Origin: an uncultured Tyzzerella sp.
GTDB taxonomy: Bacteria; Bacillota; Clostridia; Lachnospirales; CAG-274
DNA: 64,000 bases
Direction of reading: 5' to 3'
Assembly (NCBI RefSeq): GCF_963558545.1
Contig: NZ_CAUWHO010000008.1
Span: 503-64,502 of the forward strand
Shown: in pieces, positions 1-10,751 of the stretch
How the letters are laid out: each line of letters opens with the position of its first letter
How positions within the stretch are numbered: the stretch's first letter is position 1
The notes under the pieces: model-generated
The model's input: only the letters and a program-made list of their open reading frames with translations
What the model was told of the DNA's origin: nothing
The model's database searches: none
Made by a program: the position numbers and the translations under genes

Positions 1-621
1 TTTTTTTAAATTGACTACTAAATTTTCTTGGTTATACTTTTTTTCATTTATTTTATCTTTTAATTTATCCCCATATTTTTCTAACCCAAAAATTCTCTGT
101 AACATTTTTCTTTTATCTGTATTTTCAATCATTAAAAAATCGCTAAATTTACCTTGAGGTAAAACAACTGCCTTTGTAAAATCTTCATAACTAAGACCTA
201 TTACGTCTATTATTTTATTTTCTACATCTATCTTTTTATCTGCTATAATATTTTTTTCTATACCTTGAAAAACAGATAACCTTATTATATCGGATTTTAT
301 CTCTCCTTTACTAGTTCTTTTAAATTGTCTAACTACTTCATAAAAAACTTCATCTTTTCCATCTTTTATAGAAAAAATAAACTCCACTTTAGCATTATTC
401 CTATTAAGATTTAAAAAATCCCCATTTTTATTTTTACTACCATTATACCGTACAATTTTTCCATATAAAGCAAGTGTTATACAATCTATTATAGTAGATT
501 TTCCACTACCTGTATCTCCAAATATACCAAATAACCCTTTTTCTAAAATTTTAGAAAAATCTATTTCTTGCATTTCATTAAAGCTATTTATACCTAATAT
601 TTTAAGATTATGTGGTTTCAT
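1..621 (-). CDS. sbcC: SbcC/Rad50-type nuclease ATPase subunit, N-terminal 207 codons; gene continues past the left window edge
   Basis: Own minus-strand translation from ATG 619-621: MKPHNLKILGINSFNEMQEIDFSKILEKGLFGIFGDTGSGKSTIIDCITLALYGK (Walker A GDTGSGKST). GGAGGTG lies 7 nt upstream. The start overlaps the sbcD stop by 14 nt. Not in the ORF track because it is open-ended. Confidence 0.8.
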   Translation of the reverse strand, partial: MKPHNLKILGINSFNEMQEIDFSKILEKGLFGIFGDTGSGKSTIIDCITLALYGKIVRYNGSKNKNGDFLNLNRNNAKVEFIFSIKDGKDEVFYEVVRQFKRTSKGEIKSDIIRLSVFQGIEKNIIADKKIDVENKIIDVIGLSYEDFTKAVVLPQGKFSDFLMIENTDKRKMLQRIFGLEKYGDKLKDKINEKKYNQENLVVNLKK

Positions 622-1837
622 CTATTTTCACCTCCTCTGTTTCTATTTCATCTAAAATATTTAAAAACATATCTAAAATTTCATTTGGAGCATCTTTTCC
701 CTTTTTATATGTATAAAATGATTTAAATTGTTCTAAAATACTTTTTTCTTCCTCTGTTTCGTATATAACTTTTTCCTCCATATAAGACTTTAGCACTATG
801 CTTACAATATATTTTTTTGTTTCTCTCAAAGTTCTTATTTGTTCCCCTGTTATAAAATCTTGTGTTAATATTTCAATAAAAGCATAACTATCTTTATCTG
901 ACACACTTTCACAAAATTGTAGAGCTTGTTGATAATTATCACATTTAAAAACATCTATTGGTTTGTAGTCTGTAAGAGGTACCTTTTTTAATATAGGCTC
1001 TTGGTTAGGCTTTATATCTAAAACTAATACCACTTTTTCATATCCTATTTCACTTTTGCTATATCTAATAGGAGAGCCAGAATAATAAGCTAAACAGTCT
1101 GCTTGTTTTACCTGTTGGCACCTATGTAAATGGCCTAAAGCTACATATTGAGTATTTTTTGGAAAAATTCTAGGGTCTATAGCGTAAGTTCCACCTATAG
1201 ATTGTATTTTTCTTTCACTATCTGTTTCTATACCACCTTTTACAAATAAATGTGTAACAATAATATTTATAGTATCTTCACCATAATTTTTAGATAAATC
1301 ATTAAATATACTTTTTATTTTATCAGAGAAATCTTTTTGCATATCTATCTCTTCATCACTTTTAAATATTACTTCATTAATATTTTTTTCTGTAATATAA
1401 GGTAGTGTTAAAAAAACTGCTTTTTCATCATTAATTTTTATTTCAAAAAAACCTTCACCAGATTTTGTTATTTCAAAATTTTCATATTTAGCTACATTAG
1501 CAACTGTATTTAGCATACCCTGTATAATAATTCCAAATTCGTATGCTAAAGGGCTAGGAGATATTAGCTTGCTAGCACTATCGTGATTCCCAGAAACTAT
1601 AATAATTGGCCTTTTACCATTTAAAGATAATCTTTTCATAGCTTTAAAAAACAATTTCTCTGCTAATATAGGTGGGTTAGTTGTGTCGTATATATCTCCT
1701 GCTATTATTATTAAATCTATTTTTTCACTATTGCATATATTTTCTAATTCGTATATAAATTTTTCTTGTTCTTCTATTCTAGAATATTTATCTAAATATT
1801 TGCCTAAATGCCAATCAGACGTATGTAAAATTTTCAA
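608..1837 (-). CDS. sbcD: SbcD/Mre11-type nuclease subunit
   Basis: 409-aa ORF with calcineurin-like phosphoesterase motifs (HTSDWHLG, GDIYD, GNHD, GHLH). TTG start at 1835-1837 preceded by AGAGGTGA. Coupled to sbcC. Confidence 0.9.
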   Translation of the reverse strand: MKILHTSDWHLGKYLDKYSRIEEQEKFIYELENICNSEKIDLIIIAGDIYDTTNPPILAEKLFFKAMKRLSLNGKRPIIIVSGNHDSASKLISPSPLAYEFGIIIQGMLNTVANVAKYENFEITKSGEGFFEIKINDEKAVFLTLPYITEKNINEVIFKSDEEIDMQKDFSDKIKSIFNDLSKNYGEDTINIIVTHLFVKGGIETDSERKIQSIGGTYAIDPRIFPKNTQYVALGHLHRCQQVKQADCLAYYSGSPIRYSKSEIGYEKVVLVLDIKPNQEPILKKVPLTDYKPIDVFKCDNYQQALQFCESVSDKDSYAFIEILTQDFITGEQIRTLRETKKYIVSIVLKSYMEEKVIYETEEEKSILEQFKSFYTYKKGKDAPNEILDMFLNILDEIETEEVKIDETT

Positions 1838-1874
1838 AAAATCACCTCTTTTATATTTATTTTTTTAAATTTCT

Positions 1875-1903
1875 AAAGGCTGAAGATAATATCTTCAGCC
1901 TTT
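1875..1903. terminator. Bidirectional hairpin between the sbcD upstream region and the rod-binding gene
   Basis: aaaggctgaagat-aat-atcttcagccttt, a 13-bp perfect stem flanked by A/T runs. Confidence 0.6.
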
Positions 1904-1924
1904 AATAAAATTGTTATTCATATA

Positions 1925-2302
1925 TTATACTTCTATATCTACATTTTGTTTAGAAAGCTGTTTATACATCATATCTGCTAAACCTATTCCGCCTTCTTTA
2001 GCCATTTTATCTGTCATTTGCTCGTCTAACATATCTTGAAAAATCTTTTCTGCATTACTTTTACCAAAAATACCACCATTAGATACAGTAGTCTTTCTCA
2101 TAGATTTAAACATCATACTTAAAAAATAACTTTCAAATTGTACACAAGCCTCTTTAAGCTCTTTATCTTGCCCATTTTGTATAGCATTATCAAATTTTTG
2201 TTTAAAGCTATCTGTTTCTATAATAGATTTTTTAGCGACATTTATATCTGATATATTTTTAGAGTTTATGCCAACTATACTATTTAAGCTCATTTTGTTC
2301 AC
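1925..2302 (-). CDS. Flagellar rod-binding protein (FlgJ N-terminal-like Rod_binding domain)
   Basis: 125 aa. FESYFLSMMFKSMRKT...FQDMLDEQMTDKMAKEGGIGLADMMYKQL matches the rod-binding family. Lies directly downstream of the rod genes. Confidence 0.7.
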   Translation of the reverse strand: MNKMSLNSIVGINSKNISDINVAKKSIIETDSFKQKFDNAIQNGQDKELKEACVQFESYFLSMMFKSMRKTTVSNGGIFGKSNAEKIFQDMLDEQMTDKMAKEGGIGLADMMYKQLSKQNVDIEV

Positions 2303-2308
2303 CTCTTA

Positions 2309-3118
2309 TTATTTTTTAAGGTTATTAGCTAATTGTAACATATCATCAGATGTTGTTATCGCTTTAGAATTAAGCTCATAAGCTCTTTGTGCAACAATTA
2401 AATTAACCATTTCTTCTGCTATATTAACATTAGATAGTTCTGTAAATCCTTGTAATACTTTACTTTTGTTTGATTCTAAATCTGTTTCTAAAATAGGCTC
2501 TCCAGATGCTGCAGTAGTAGCATATAAATTACCACCAATAGCCTCTAATCCTTGTGGGTTAGCAAACTGAACAACACCTATACTTGTACCTGTATCTTGT
2601 TCTTCTCCGTTTTGCATATATTTTACAGCGCCATTTTCTGAAATAATAATATCTTTTACAGGTATGCTCTCAGGTAAAGATATAGGCTCTCCATCAGAAT
2701 TTAATACATAATATCCCTCTGATGTAACAAGGTTATTTTCTCCATCACCTAAGCTTATTTTAAAGCTACCATCTCTTGTATAAGATATTTCATCTTCACC
2801 AGTTTTTACCATAAAAAATCCTTCACCTTGTATGGCTAAATCTGTTTTTATTTCTGTTCTTTCTAAATTCCCTTGAGAAAACATTCTACTTGTAGCTATA
2901 GGTCTTACACCAAGTCCTACTTGTAAATTTACAGGTTTCCCAGTATTTGATTCATCTAAAGATGCCCTTTCCATAGTTTGATATAATAAACTTTTAAATT
3001 CCAGTCTTTCTTTTTTATAAGAATTTGTATCTACATTAGATATATTATTAGATATTGTATCTACATTTAATTGCTGTGCACCCATACCAGATGCAGCAGT
3101 CCATAAAGAACGCATCAT
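2309..3118 (-). CDS. flgG: Flagellar basal-body rod protein FlgG (FlhP-like)
   Basis: 269 aa. N-terminal MRSLWTAASGMGAQQLNVDTISNNISNVDTNSYKK and C-terminal SNVNIAEEMVNLIVAQRAYELNSKAI are rod/hook family signatures. Confidence 0.85.
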   Translation of the reverse strand: MMRSLWTAASGMGAQQLNVDTISNNISNVDTNSYKKERLEFKSLLYQTMERASLDESNTGKPVNLQVGLGVRPIATSRMFSQGNLERTEIKTDLAIQGEGFFMVKTGEDEISYTRDGSFKISLGDGENNLVTSEGYYVLNSDGEPISLPESIPVKDIIISENGAVKYMQNGEEQDTGTSIGVVQFANPQGLEAIGGNLYATTAASGEPILETDLESNKSKVLQGFTELSNVNIAEEMVNLIVAQRAYELNSKAITTSDDMLQLANNLKK

Positions 3119-3130
3119 AATTTTTACCTC

Positions 3131-3901
3131 CTATTTTTTGGCTATATCATTAACAGCTCTACCCAAAATTGCATCGTGAGATTGTACCATTTTTTGATTA
3201 AGCTCATAAGCTCTAGATACTGCTATCATTTTTACCATTTCTTGAACAGCATTTACATTAGACATTTCTATTTGGCTTTGTAATATAGTTCCTGTAAAAG
3301 GCTTTTCTACACTTTCATCTATTTTATTATATAAGTTATCTCCATATTTTCTAAGGGTCTCTTTATTTTCAAAATCTACTATTTTTAGCTTGTCTACAAA
3401 CTCATTGTTAGAATATATATTTCCATTTTCACTAATAGTTATTTTACCATTTGGTATAACAATTCGTCCATTTTCTCCTAATACATAATTACCTTCTTTT
3501 GTCATAAGCTCGTTATTGCTATTAACTGTAAAAGAGCCATCTCTTGTATATTTTTCTACTATATTACCATTATCCATAGTTTCTATAGCAAAAAAACCAT
3601 CACCATTTATAGCTAAATCATATGTTCCACCTGTTTTTTTCATAGAGCCTGTTGAAAAATCTGTATTAACTTCTGCTACAAAGTTACCAAGTGATACACT
3701 TCCTATATTATTATCTACTTTAACAAGGCTTTCTTCAGGATCATTAAATCTTTTCATAAGCTCTTCAGAAAAAGATTGCACAACATTCATATCTTTTTTA
3801 AATCCTGTATTATCAACATTTGCTATATTATTTGTTATAACATCTAGGTTATTCATCTGAGTCATCATTCCTATAGCTGATGTATATAAACCTCTATTCA
3901 A
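3131..3901 (-). CDS. flgF: Flagellar basal-body rod protein FlgF/FlhO-like
   Basis: 256 aa. GLYTSAIGMMTQMNNLDVITNNIANVDNTGFKKD and SNVNAVQEMVKMIAVSRAYELNQKM. The mbl-flhO-flhP gene order matches Bacillus. Confidence 0.8.
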   Translation of the reverse strand: MNRGLYTSAIGMMTQMNNLDVITNNIANVDNTGFKKDMNVVQSFSEELMKRFNDPEESLVKVDNNIGSVSLGNFVAEVNTDFSTGSMKKTGGTYDLAINGDGFFAIETMDNGNIVEKYTRDGSFTVNSNNELMTKEGNYVLGENGRIVIPNGKITISENGNIYSNNEFVDKLKIVDFENKETLRKYGDNLYNKIDESVEKPFTGTILQSQIEMSNVNAVQEMVKMIAVSRAYELNQKMVQSHDAILGRAVNDIAKK

Positions 3902-3906
3902 TCAAA

Positions 3907-4941
3907 TCATCTCCATTTAAATAGTTTTGATATTATCTGAAAAAAAACATTTTTATCTTTTTCAAATTTTTTGTTATACTCTATATATTTTCCTGTACCT
4001 AATACTACACAAGATAACGAATCTTCTGCCAAAACAGTGTTTATACCTGTTGCTTCTTTTATAACTTTATCTAATCCGTATATCAAAGCTCCACCACCTG
4101 TCATAACTATTCCTCTTTCGTAAATATCTGATGCAAGTTCAGGGGGTGTTTGTTCTAGCACTTTTCTTATTCTATCTATAATAACATTAGTTGGTATTTT
4201 TAATGCCTCGTATAATTCTTCAGATGTAATATTTATAGTATTAGGCAATCCTGTAACAAGGTTTTTTCCTCTTATATCCATATTTAAAGGTGCACTTCTT
4301 TTGTAAACAGTACCAATGTTAACTTTAAGGTCTTCTGCACTTTTTTCACCTATAAGAATGTTATATTTATTTTTAATATATTTTATTATAGATTCATCAA
4401 AGTTATCCCCAGCTATTTTTAAAGAACTTTTTACAACTGCTCCTCCAAGAGATATAACAGCAATATCTGTTGTTCCACCGCCAATATCAACTATCATACT
4501 ACCACAGGCCCTTGTTATATCTATCCCAGAGCCTATAGCAGCAGCTATTGGTTCTTCTATTACAAAAACTTCTCTAGCACCAGCATCTTTTGTCGCATCT
4601 TTAACAGCCTTTTTTTCTACTTCTGTAATTTCAGATGGTACACAAACAGCTATTCTAGGACGCCTAGAACTTTTACCAAGTACTTTTTTTATAAAGTATT
4701 TTAACATAATTTCAGTAACGTTATAATCAGATATAACACCCTCTCTAAGAGGTCTTATTACATTAATATTTGCAGGAGTTTTACCTATCATCTGTCTAGC
4801 CTTTTCACCTACAGCAATAACCTCATTAGTATACCTGTCTATTGCAACAACGGAAGGTTCTTTTAAAACAATGCCTTGTCCTTTTATATATATTAGTACA
4901 CTAGATGTGCCTAAATCAATTCCTATATCAGAACTAAACAT
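3907..4941 (-). CDS. mbl: Rod-shape determining actin homologue MreB/Mbl
   Basis: 344 aa. DIGIDLGTSSVLIY, VIRPLREGVISD and DIGGGTTDIAVISLGG are actin-fold motifs. Sits upstream of the rod genes. Confidence 0.9.
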   Translation of the reverse strand: MFSSDIGIDLGTSSVLIYIKGQGIVLKEPSVVAIDRYTNEVIAVGEKARQMIGKTPANINVIRPLREGVISDYNVTEIMLKYFIKKVLGKSSRRPRIAVCVPSEITEVEKKAVKDATKDAGAREVFVIEEPIAAAIGSGIDITRACGSMIVDIGGGTTDIAVISLGGAVVKSSLKIAGDNFDESIIKYIKNKYNILIGEKSAEDLKVNIGTVYKRSAPLNMDIRGKNLVTGLPNTINITSEELYEALKIPTNVIIDRIRKVLEQTPPELASDIYERGIVMTGGGALIYGLDKVIKEATGINTVLAEDSLSCVVLGTGKYIEYNKKFEKDKNVFFQIISKLFKWR

Positions 4942-5076
4942 TAATATTTCTCCTTTTAACTACATATTTATATATAACACCATAATTATATCATATTTTT
5001 GTTGCAATTTAAAGTTTTTTTTATATTTTTAATAAATTTTGTAGTTTTCTAATATTTTTATGTTTTTAATACTAAA

Positions 5077-5111
5077 GTTATAAATAGCTGTAAAATTTAG
5101 CTATTTATAAC
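5077..5111 (-). terminator. Hairpin downstream of aspS
   Basis: gttataaatagct-gtaaaattt-agctatttataac, a 13-bp stem. The T-run is weak. Confidence 0.5.
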
Positions 5112-5126
5112 TAAGTATTAACTTAT

Positions 5127-6908
5127 TTATTTTTCTTCTTTTATAATATCTATCATAAGCTCATCTAATTGTTTTTTATCTACAAAATTAGGTGCATCTG
5201 CTAAAGGACAAGAAGCATCTTTTACTTTAGGAAAGGCTATAACATCTCTTAAGCTATCACTACCAGATAAAAGCATAACCATTCTATCAAGACCTAATGC
5301 AAGTCCACCGTGAGGAGGTGTACCATACTTAAATGCCTCTATTAAAAATCCAAATCTTTCTTTTGCATCTTCTTGGCTAAAACCTAAACATTTAAACATT
5401 TTTTCTTGTAAATCACTTTGATATATTCTAAGGCTACCACCACCTAGCTCATAACCATTTAAAACTAAGTCATAAGCCACTGCTCTTGCTTTTTCTGGGC
5501 TTGTTTCTAGTAAACTAATATCTTCCTCCATAGGCATAGTAAATGGGTGATGTTTTGCAACATATCTTCCCTCTTCTTCATCGTATTCAAAAAGTGGAAA
5601 TTCTGTAACCCATAAAAATCTATAATCATCTTTATCAGTAAGCTCAAGTCTTTTAGCCATTTCCACCCTTAAAGCTCCTAAAGCATCAAAAACAACATTG
5701 TCTTTATCAGCACAAATTAAAATTAAATCTCCTTTTTCTGCACCAAAAGCATTAGCTATTTCTTTAAGCTTGTCATCATCAAAAAACTTACTTATACTTG
5801 TTTTAAACGTATCGTCTTCATTTAACCCTAACCACGCTAAACCTTTAGCACCATAAGTTTTAGCAAGTTCTACAAGGCTATCTATTTGTTTTCTTGGCAT
5901 AGCACAAGAGCCTTTAACGTTTATCCCTCTAACACTACCACCAGTAGTTATAGCATTTTCAAAAACACCAAATTCACTACCAGCTACAATATTTGTAATA
6001 TTAGTAAGCTCCATACCAAATCTAACATCTGGCTTATCAGAGCCAAATCTTTCCATAGCATCTTTATAAGAAATTCTTTCAAATGGTATTTGTATATCTA
6101 TACCTTTTGTTTCTTTTAATATAGTTTGCATAAGCCTTTCATTTAAGCTTATTATGTCTTCTTCATCAACAAAAGATAATTCCATATCTATTTGTGTAAA
6201 TTCTGGCTGTCTATCTGCTCTTAAATCTTCATCTCTAAAACACTTTACTATTTGAAAATATTTATCAAATCCTGAAGACATTAAAAGCTGTTTAAAAATT
6301 TGAGGAGATTGTGGAAGTGCATAAAATTCTCCAGGGTGTACACGGCTTGGTACAAGGTAATCTCTAGCACCTTCTGGTGTAGATTTTGTCAAAAATGGCG
6401 TTTCTATCTCTAAAAAACCTTCATTGTCTAAAAATCTTCTAACAGATTGAGCAATATTATGTCTTAATATTAAATTTTTAGCAACGCTAGGTCTTCTAAG
6501 GTCTAAATATCTATATTTAAGCCTTAAATCTGTGCTTACATTTACACTATCTTCAATTTGAAAAGGAGGAACTTCAGATTCTGATAAAATTTCCATTTCA
6601 TCTATTAAAACTTCTACTTTACCTGTTTCCATTTCTGGATTAATATTTTCTTCTGTTCTAGCCACAACTTTACCTTTAATAGCTACAACATATTCTGGCT
6701 TAAGCTCTTTATCTTTTTTTATAACATCTTCTGTATTAGTATCTTGGTTAACAACAGCTTGTAAAATTCCTGTTCTATCTCTTAATAAAATAAAAGAAAA
6801 ATGACTAAATACACGCTTACGACTAACCCAACCCATAAGAGTTACCTCTTTACCTATCATATTTTCTTTTATTTCACCACAATAGTTTGTTCTTTTAAAA
6901 CCTTTCAT
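5127..6908 (-). CDS. aspS: Aspartate-tRNA ligase
   Basis: 593 aa. Class II motifs (FYALPQSPQ, FRDEDLRADRQPEFTQID, GGLALGLDRMVM). GGAGGG Shine-Dalgarno. Confidence 0.95.
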   Translation of the reverse strand: MKGFKRTNYCGEIKENMIGKEVTLMGWVSRKRVFSHFSFILLRDRTGILQAVVNQDTNTEDVIKKDKELKPEYVVAIKGKVVARTEENINPEMETGKVEVLIDEMEILSESEVPPFQIEDSVNVSTDLRLKYRYLDLRRPSVAKNLILRHNIAQSVRRFLDNEGFLEIETPFLTKSTPEGARDYLVPSRVHPGEFYALPQSPQIFKQLLMSSGFDKYFQIVKCFRDEDLRADRQPEFTQIDMELSFVDEEDIISLNERLMQTILKETKGIDIQIPFERISYKDAMERFGSDKPDVRFGMELTNITNIVAGSEFGVFENAITTGGSVRGINVKGSCAMPRKQIDSLVELAKTYGAKGLAWLGLNEDDTFKTSISKFFDDDKLKEIANAFGAEKGDLILICADKDNVVFDALGALRVEMAKRLELTDKDDYRFLWVTEFPLFEYDEEEGRYVAKHHPFTMPMEEDISLLETSPEKARAVAYDLVLNGYELGGGSLRIYQSDLQEKMFKCLGFSQEDAKERFGFLIEAFKYGTPPHGGLALGLDRMVMLLSGSDSLRDVIAFPKVKDASCPLADAPNFVDKKQLDELMIDIIKEEK

Positions 6909-6924
6909 TTTTACCCTCCATTAA

Positions 6925-8181
6925 TTATAAAATTTCTGCCTCTAAATTTGATAAACTTATTTCTATTTCTTCACTTTTGTCCATATCTTTTAAGTTTACT
7001 TTATCTGTTTGTATCTCATTATCTCCAATTATTATAACATATTTAGCATTTATTTTATCCGCATATTTTAACTGAGCCTTTACACTTCTTTTAACTATGT
7101 CGTACTCTACATATACACCTTTTTGTCTAAGGTTATAAGCTATTTGTTGAGCTTTTGTAAAACCAATTTCTCCCATAGAGCCAATATATATTAAAGGTCT
7201 GTTTTTATCTTCAATTTGTATGCCTTGTTCTTCCATAAGCATAAGTACACGCTCCATACCCATACCAAATCCAACTGCACCAGTAGATTGTCCTCCACAT
7301 TCTTTTATAAGGTTATCATATCTTCCACCACCACATATGGTACTTTGAGAGCCTAATTTTTCAGATTTACAAACAAACTCAAATACTGTTTTTGTGTAAT
7401 AATCTAAACCTCTAACTATTTTAGGGTCTATCTCATAAGGTATATTCATTATATCTAAGTATTTTTTTAAATTTTCAAAATGATTTTTACATTCTTCATC
7501 TAAGCTATCTATTGTTGTTGGAGCTTCTTTTAAAGCCTCCCTACAATTATTATTTTTACAGTCTAAAACTCTAAGTGGATTTTTTTCATACCTTTGATTA
7601 CAATCATCACATAAAAAATGAAGCTTAGTTTCTATAAAAGATTTAAGCTTTTGGTTGTAAGCCTTTCTGCACTCATTACCACCAAGGCTATTTAATTTTA
7701 GGGTTACATCTTTAATATTAAGGTTTTTCAAAAGCTCATATGCAAAAGATATAACCTCTGCATCACAACTAGCATCAAAAGACCCAAATATCTCTACACC
7801 AAATTGATGAAACTGTTTAAATCTACCTGCTTGGTTTCTTTCATCTCTAAAAGTTGGTGATATATAATATAACTTTGTAGGTTGTACACCAGCATTAAGT
7901 CCATTTTCTAAATAAGCTCTAGCTGTACCTGCTGTACTTTCTGGCTTGAGAGAATATTCACGTTCGCCTCTATCTTTAAATGTAAACATTTCTTTTTGTA
8001 CAACATCTGTTGTTTCTCCAACACCACGCTCAAAAAGACTTTTATATTCAAAAATAGGTGTTCTTATTTCTTGTATTCCAAAATTTTTACAAGCTTGTCT
8101 TATTTCATTTTCTAAAAACTGCCATTTATATGCTTCTTCACAAAAAATATCATTAGTCCCTTTTGGCCTTTTTATTTTCAT
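6925..8181 (-). CDS. hisS: Histidine-tRNA ligase
   Basis: 418 aa. KGTNDIF, RYEKNP-type HisRS motifs and GGGRYDNL. The start codon abuts the hemZ stop. Confidence 0.95.
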   Translation of the reverse strand: MKIKRPKGTNDIFCEEAYKWQFLENEIRQACKNFGIQEIRTPIFEYKSLFERGVGETTDVVQKEMFTFKDRGEREYSLKPESTAGTARAYLENGLNAGVQPTKLYYISPTFRDERNQAGRFKQFHQFGVEIFGSFDASCDAEVISFAYELLKNLNIKDVTLKLNSLGGNECRKAYNQKLKSFIETKLHFLCDDCNQRYEKNPLRVLDCKNNNCREALKEAPTTIDSLDEECKNHFENLKKYLDIMNIPYEIDPKIVRGLDYYTKTVFEFVCKSEKLGSQSTICGGGRYDNLIKECGGQSTGAVGFGMGMERVLMLMEEQGIQIEDKNRPLIYIGSMGEIGFTKAQQIAYNLRQKGVYVEYDIVKRSVKAQLKYADKINAKYVIIIGDNEIQTDKVNLKDMDKSEEIEISLSNLEAEIL

Positions 8182-9627
8182 TTATATGCACTCCTCTATT
8201 ATTTCTTTTTTTCTTTGTATCATTTCATCTATACGGCTTATATAATCATCTACACTTTTTACATTAAAAGCTCTTTTTATAAGATTTTTATCTTCAAAAT
8301 AAAATTTACTTGTAGCACCAGCCCCAAAAGAAATAATAGTTTGTTTTTCTTCCATTATTTGTATGTTATAAAAACATTCTAATCCTTCTTTACAGTATCC
8401 TACATTTTCAAAATTACCTATCATATTTTTTTGTCTATACATATAATAAGGGTACATATCCATTTTTCTAGCATAATCTTTTGTTATACTTATCATTTTT
8501 TCCATTTCGTAAAAAGAGCTAGGGTTAAAACTATCTATGTTTTCATTAAGCCTAGATGCTCTTTTTAAAGCAAGGGTATGGACAGTTAAACTTTCTGGGC
8601 TTAAATTAAAAATCTTATCCATAGTGTATAAAACTTCTTTAGATGTTTCATCTGTAAGTCCTAAAATAATATCTGTGTTTATATTGTTATGCCCTTCTTC
8701 TCGTGCCATATAAAATGCCTCTAAAAAGTCCTTTTCTAAATGGTTTCTTCCTATAAGTTTTAAAGTTTTATCATTCATTGTTTGAGGGTTTATAGATATT
8801 CTACTAGCGTTAAAATATTTCATTGTTTTAAGCTTTTCTCTAGTTATGGTATCAGCTCTACCTGCCTCTATTGTATATTCTACTAAAGGCTTTTTAAAAT
8901 TATCTGCTATCATTTTTAAAAATCTATAAAACTGAATTTCATTTAAAGAAGAAGGTGTACCTCCACCTATGTATATGCTTTCTATTTCATAGCTATTAAC
9001 ATAATCTTTCATAGCTAGTATTTCTTTTTCTAAACAATCTAAATACAAATCTACTTTTTTAGTATATTGACTAAGGTTAAAAGCTGTAAAAGAACAATAT
9101 ACACATCTTGTAGGGCAAAATGGTATACCTAAATATATAGATATTTTATTTTTATTATTATTTTTTAATATATTTTTTTCTATTTTAGCTATTCCTATTG
9201 CTAAATCTATTTTTTCATCTGTCGTTAAGTATTTTTCTTTTAGCATATTTTTAATACTATTTTCGGAAAAACCTTCATCTAAAAGCTCATTTATTTTTTT
9301 AGTAGGCCTAACACCTGTTAATATTCCCCAAGGCATATCTAAAGGCCTTATTTCCTGTATAGCTTGAAAAACAGTAAGCTTTATTATTCTAGATTCTTCT
9401 TTAGAAAATCCATCTTCTTTTATATTTTCCAAGCTATTTTCTTTACAAACTATTTCTTCTTTATTTTTATATATTTTACAAATAGATATATTATCTTTAA
9501 CACTACTTTTTATAACTATATTATCATCTAAAATATCATCTACTTGTGTTATTTTTTCTCCAAAATAAAATAATTGAATAACTGAAAGCACCTCATCTAA
9601 ATGTTTATGCTCCACTATATAATACAT
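8182..9627 (-). CDS. hemZ: HemZ-type radical SAM protein (oxygen-independent coproporphyrinogen oxidase-like)
   Basis: 481 aa. CPTRCVYCSF is a CxxxCxxC radical SAM cluster motif, preceded by a long N-terminal extension typical of HemZ. Confidence 0.75.
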   Translation of the reverse strand: MYYIVEHKHLDEVLSVIQLFYFGEKITQVDDILDDNIVIKSSVKDNISICKIYKNKEEIVCKENSLENIKEDGFSKEESRIIKLTVFQAIQEIRPLDMPWGILTGVRPTKKINELLDEGFSENSIKNMLKEKYLTTDEKIDLAIGIAKIEKNILKNNNKNKISIYLGIPFCPTRCVYCSFTAFNLSQYTKKVDLYLDCLEKEILAMKDYVNSYEIESIYIGGGTPSSLNEIQFYRFLKMIADNFKKPLVEYTIEAGRADTITREKLKTMKYFNASRISINPQTMNDKTLKLIGRNHLEKDFLEAFYMAREEGHNNINTDIILGLTDETSKEVLYTMDKIFNLSPESLTVHTLALKRASRLNENIDSFNPSSFYEMEKMISITKDYARKMDMYPYYMYRQKNMIGNFENVGYCKEGLECFYNIQIMEEKQTIISFGAGATSKFYFEDKNLIKRAFNVKSVDDYISRIDEMIQRKKEIIEECI

Positions 9628-9641
9628 ATAAAACCAACTTT

Positions 9642-10283
9642 CTAATATTCGTACATATTTCCCATATAAGGATTAATATTTTTTTCTGTTCCTATTGTAG
9701 TTTTGTCGCCGTGTCCACAATAAACTACTGTTTCATCTGGTAAATCTTTAAGCCTTGTAACAGATTTTATTAAATCTGATGAGTTTCCATAAGGAAAGTC
9801 TGTTCTACCAACAGAACCATAAAATAAAGTATCTCCAGAAAAAAGTATATTTTCTTTTTCAAAATATAAACACATACCTCCTGGCGTATGTCCTGGAGTT
9901 TTTAAGGCTTTAAAGGATAAACTATCCCCAAATTTAAACACTTCATTATCTTTTAAAGCTATATCTGCTTTTAATGATATTTTAGCATTTATCATATGAG
10001 AAAGGTTATTCTCTGGGTATTCTATCAATATTTCTTCTCCTTGGCATATAACAACAGGTGTGTTATACCTTTCCTTTATATCTTTACAAGCACCTATATG
10101 GTCAAAATGTCCGTGTGTTAAAACTATATATTTCACATTTAGTTTTTCTTTTTCTATTACATTTATAAGCCTATCCGAATCTGCACCTGGGTCTATTATT
10201 ATAGCATTGTTTGTATCATCTTCTATTGCAAAATAACAATTTTGCATCATCGCTCCACCAACTATTTCAACTTTTACTTTCAT
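9642..10283 (-). CDS. MBL-fold metallo-hydrolase (glyoxalase II-like)
   Basis: 213 aa with the THGHFDH motif. Confidence 0.85.
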   Translation of the reverse strand: MKVKVEIVGGAMMQNCYFAIEDDTNNAIIIDPGADSDRLINVIEKEKLNVKYIVLTHGHFDHIGACKDIKERYNTPVVICQGEEILIEYPENNLSHMINAKISLKADIALKDNEVFKFGDSLSFKALKTPGHTPGGMCLYFEKENILFSGDTLFYGSVGRTDFPYGNSSDLIKSVTRLKDLPDETVVYCGHGDKTTIGTEKNINPYMGNMYEY

Positions 10284-10292
10284 ATTAGCCTC

Positions 10293-10742
10293 CTAAAATA
10301 ATTTATCACTATCTAAAAGTATAGTAATAGGACCATCGTTTATAAGCTCTACCTGCATATCTGCTCTAAATATACCTGTTTCTACTTTATCATAATTATT
10401 TTTAACATAATCTATAAAATCATTAAATATTTTTTCTGCATCATCTGGCTTAGCACCACCTACAAAACTAGGACGGCGTCCTTTTCTAGCATCTGCATAA
10501 ACTGTAAAATTAGGTACTATTAATAATCCTAAATTTAAATCTTTTATAGATAAATTAAGCTTATCCTCATCATCTTCAAATATTCTAATATTTATAATTT
10601 TATCACACATATACTTAAATGTTTCTACATTATCTGTGTCATTAACAGCAACAAGAGCAACTATACCTTTATCTATTTTACCTACTGTTTGTTTATTTAT
10701 ATCTACTTTTGCCTTTGTTACTCTTTGTAAAACAACTCGCAT
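10293..10742 (-). CDS. dtd: D-aminoacyl-tRNA deacylase
   Basis: 149 aa. MRVVLQRV...SFVGGAKPDDAEKIF...GPITILLDS. The relA-dtd order is conserved. Confidence 0.9.
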   Translation of the reverse strand: MRVVLQRVTKAKVDINKQTVGKIDKGIVALVAVNDTDNVETFKYMCDKIINIRIFEDDEDKLNLSIKDLNLGLLIVPNFTVYADARKGRRPSFVGGAKPDDAEKIFNDFIDYVKNNYDKVETGIFRADMQVELINDGPITILLDSDKLF

Positions 10743-10751
10743 ATTATCCTC

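Noticed and set aside
8150-8260. Expected a T-box leader in front of hisS-aspS, as in Bacillus.
   Set aside because: hisS starts directly after the hemZ stop codon with no intergenic space. The genes appear to be co-transcribed in the relA-dtd-MBL-hemZ-hisS-aspS operon.
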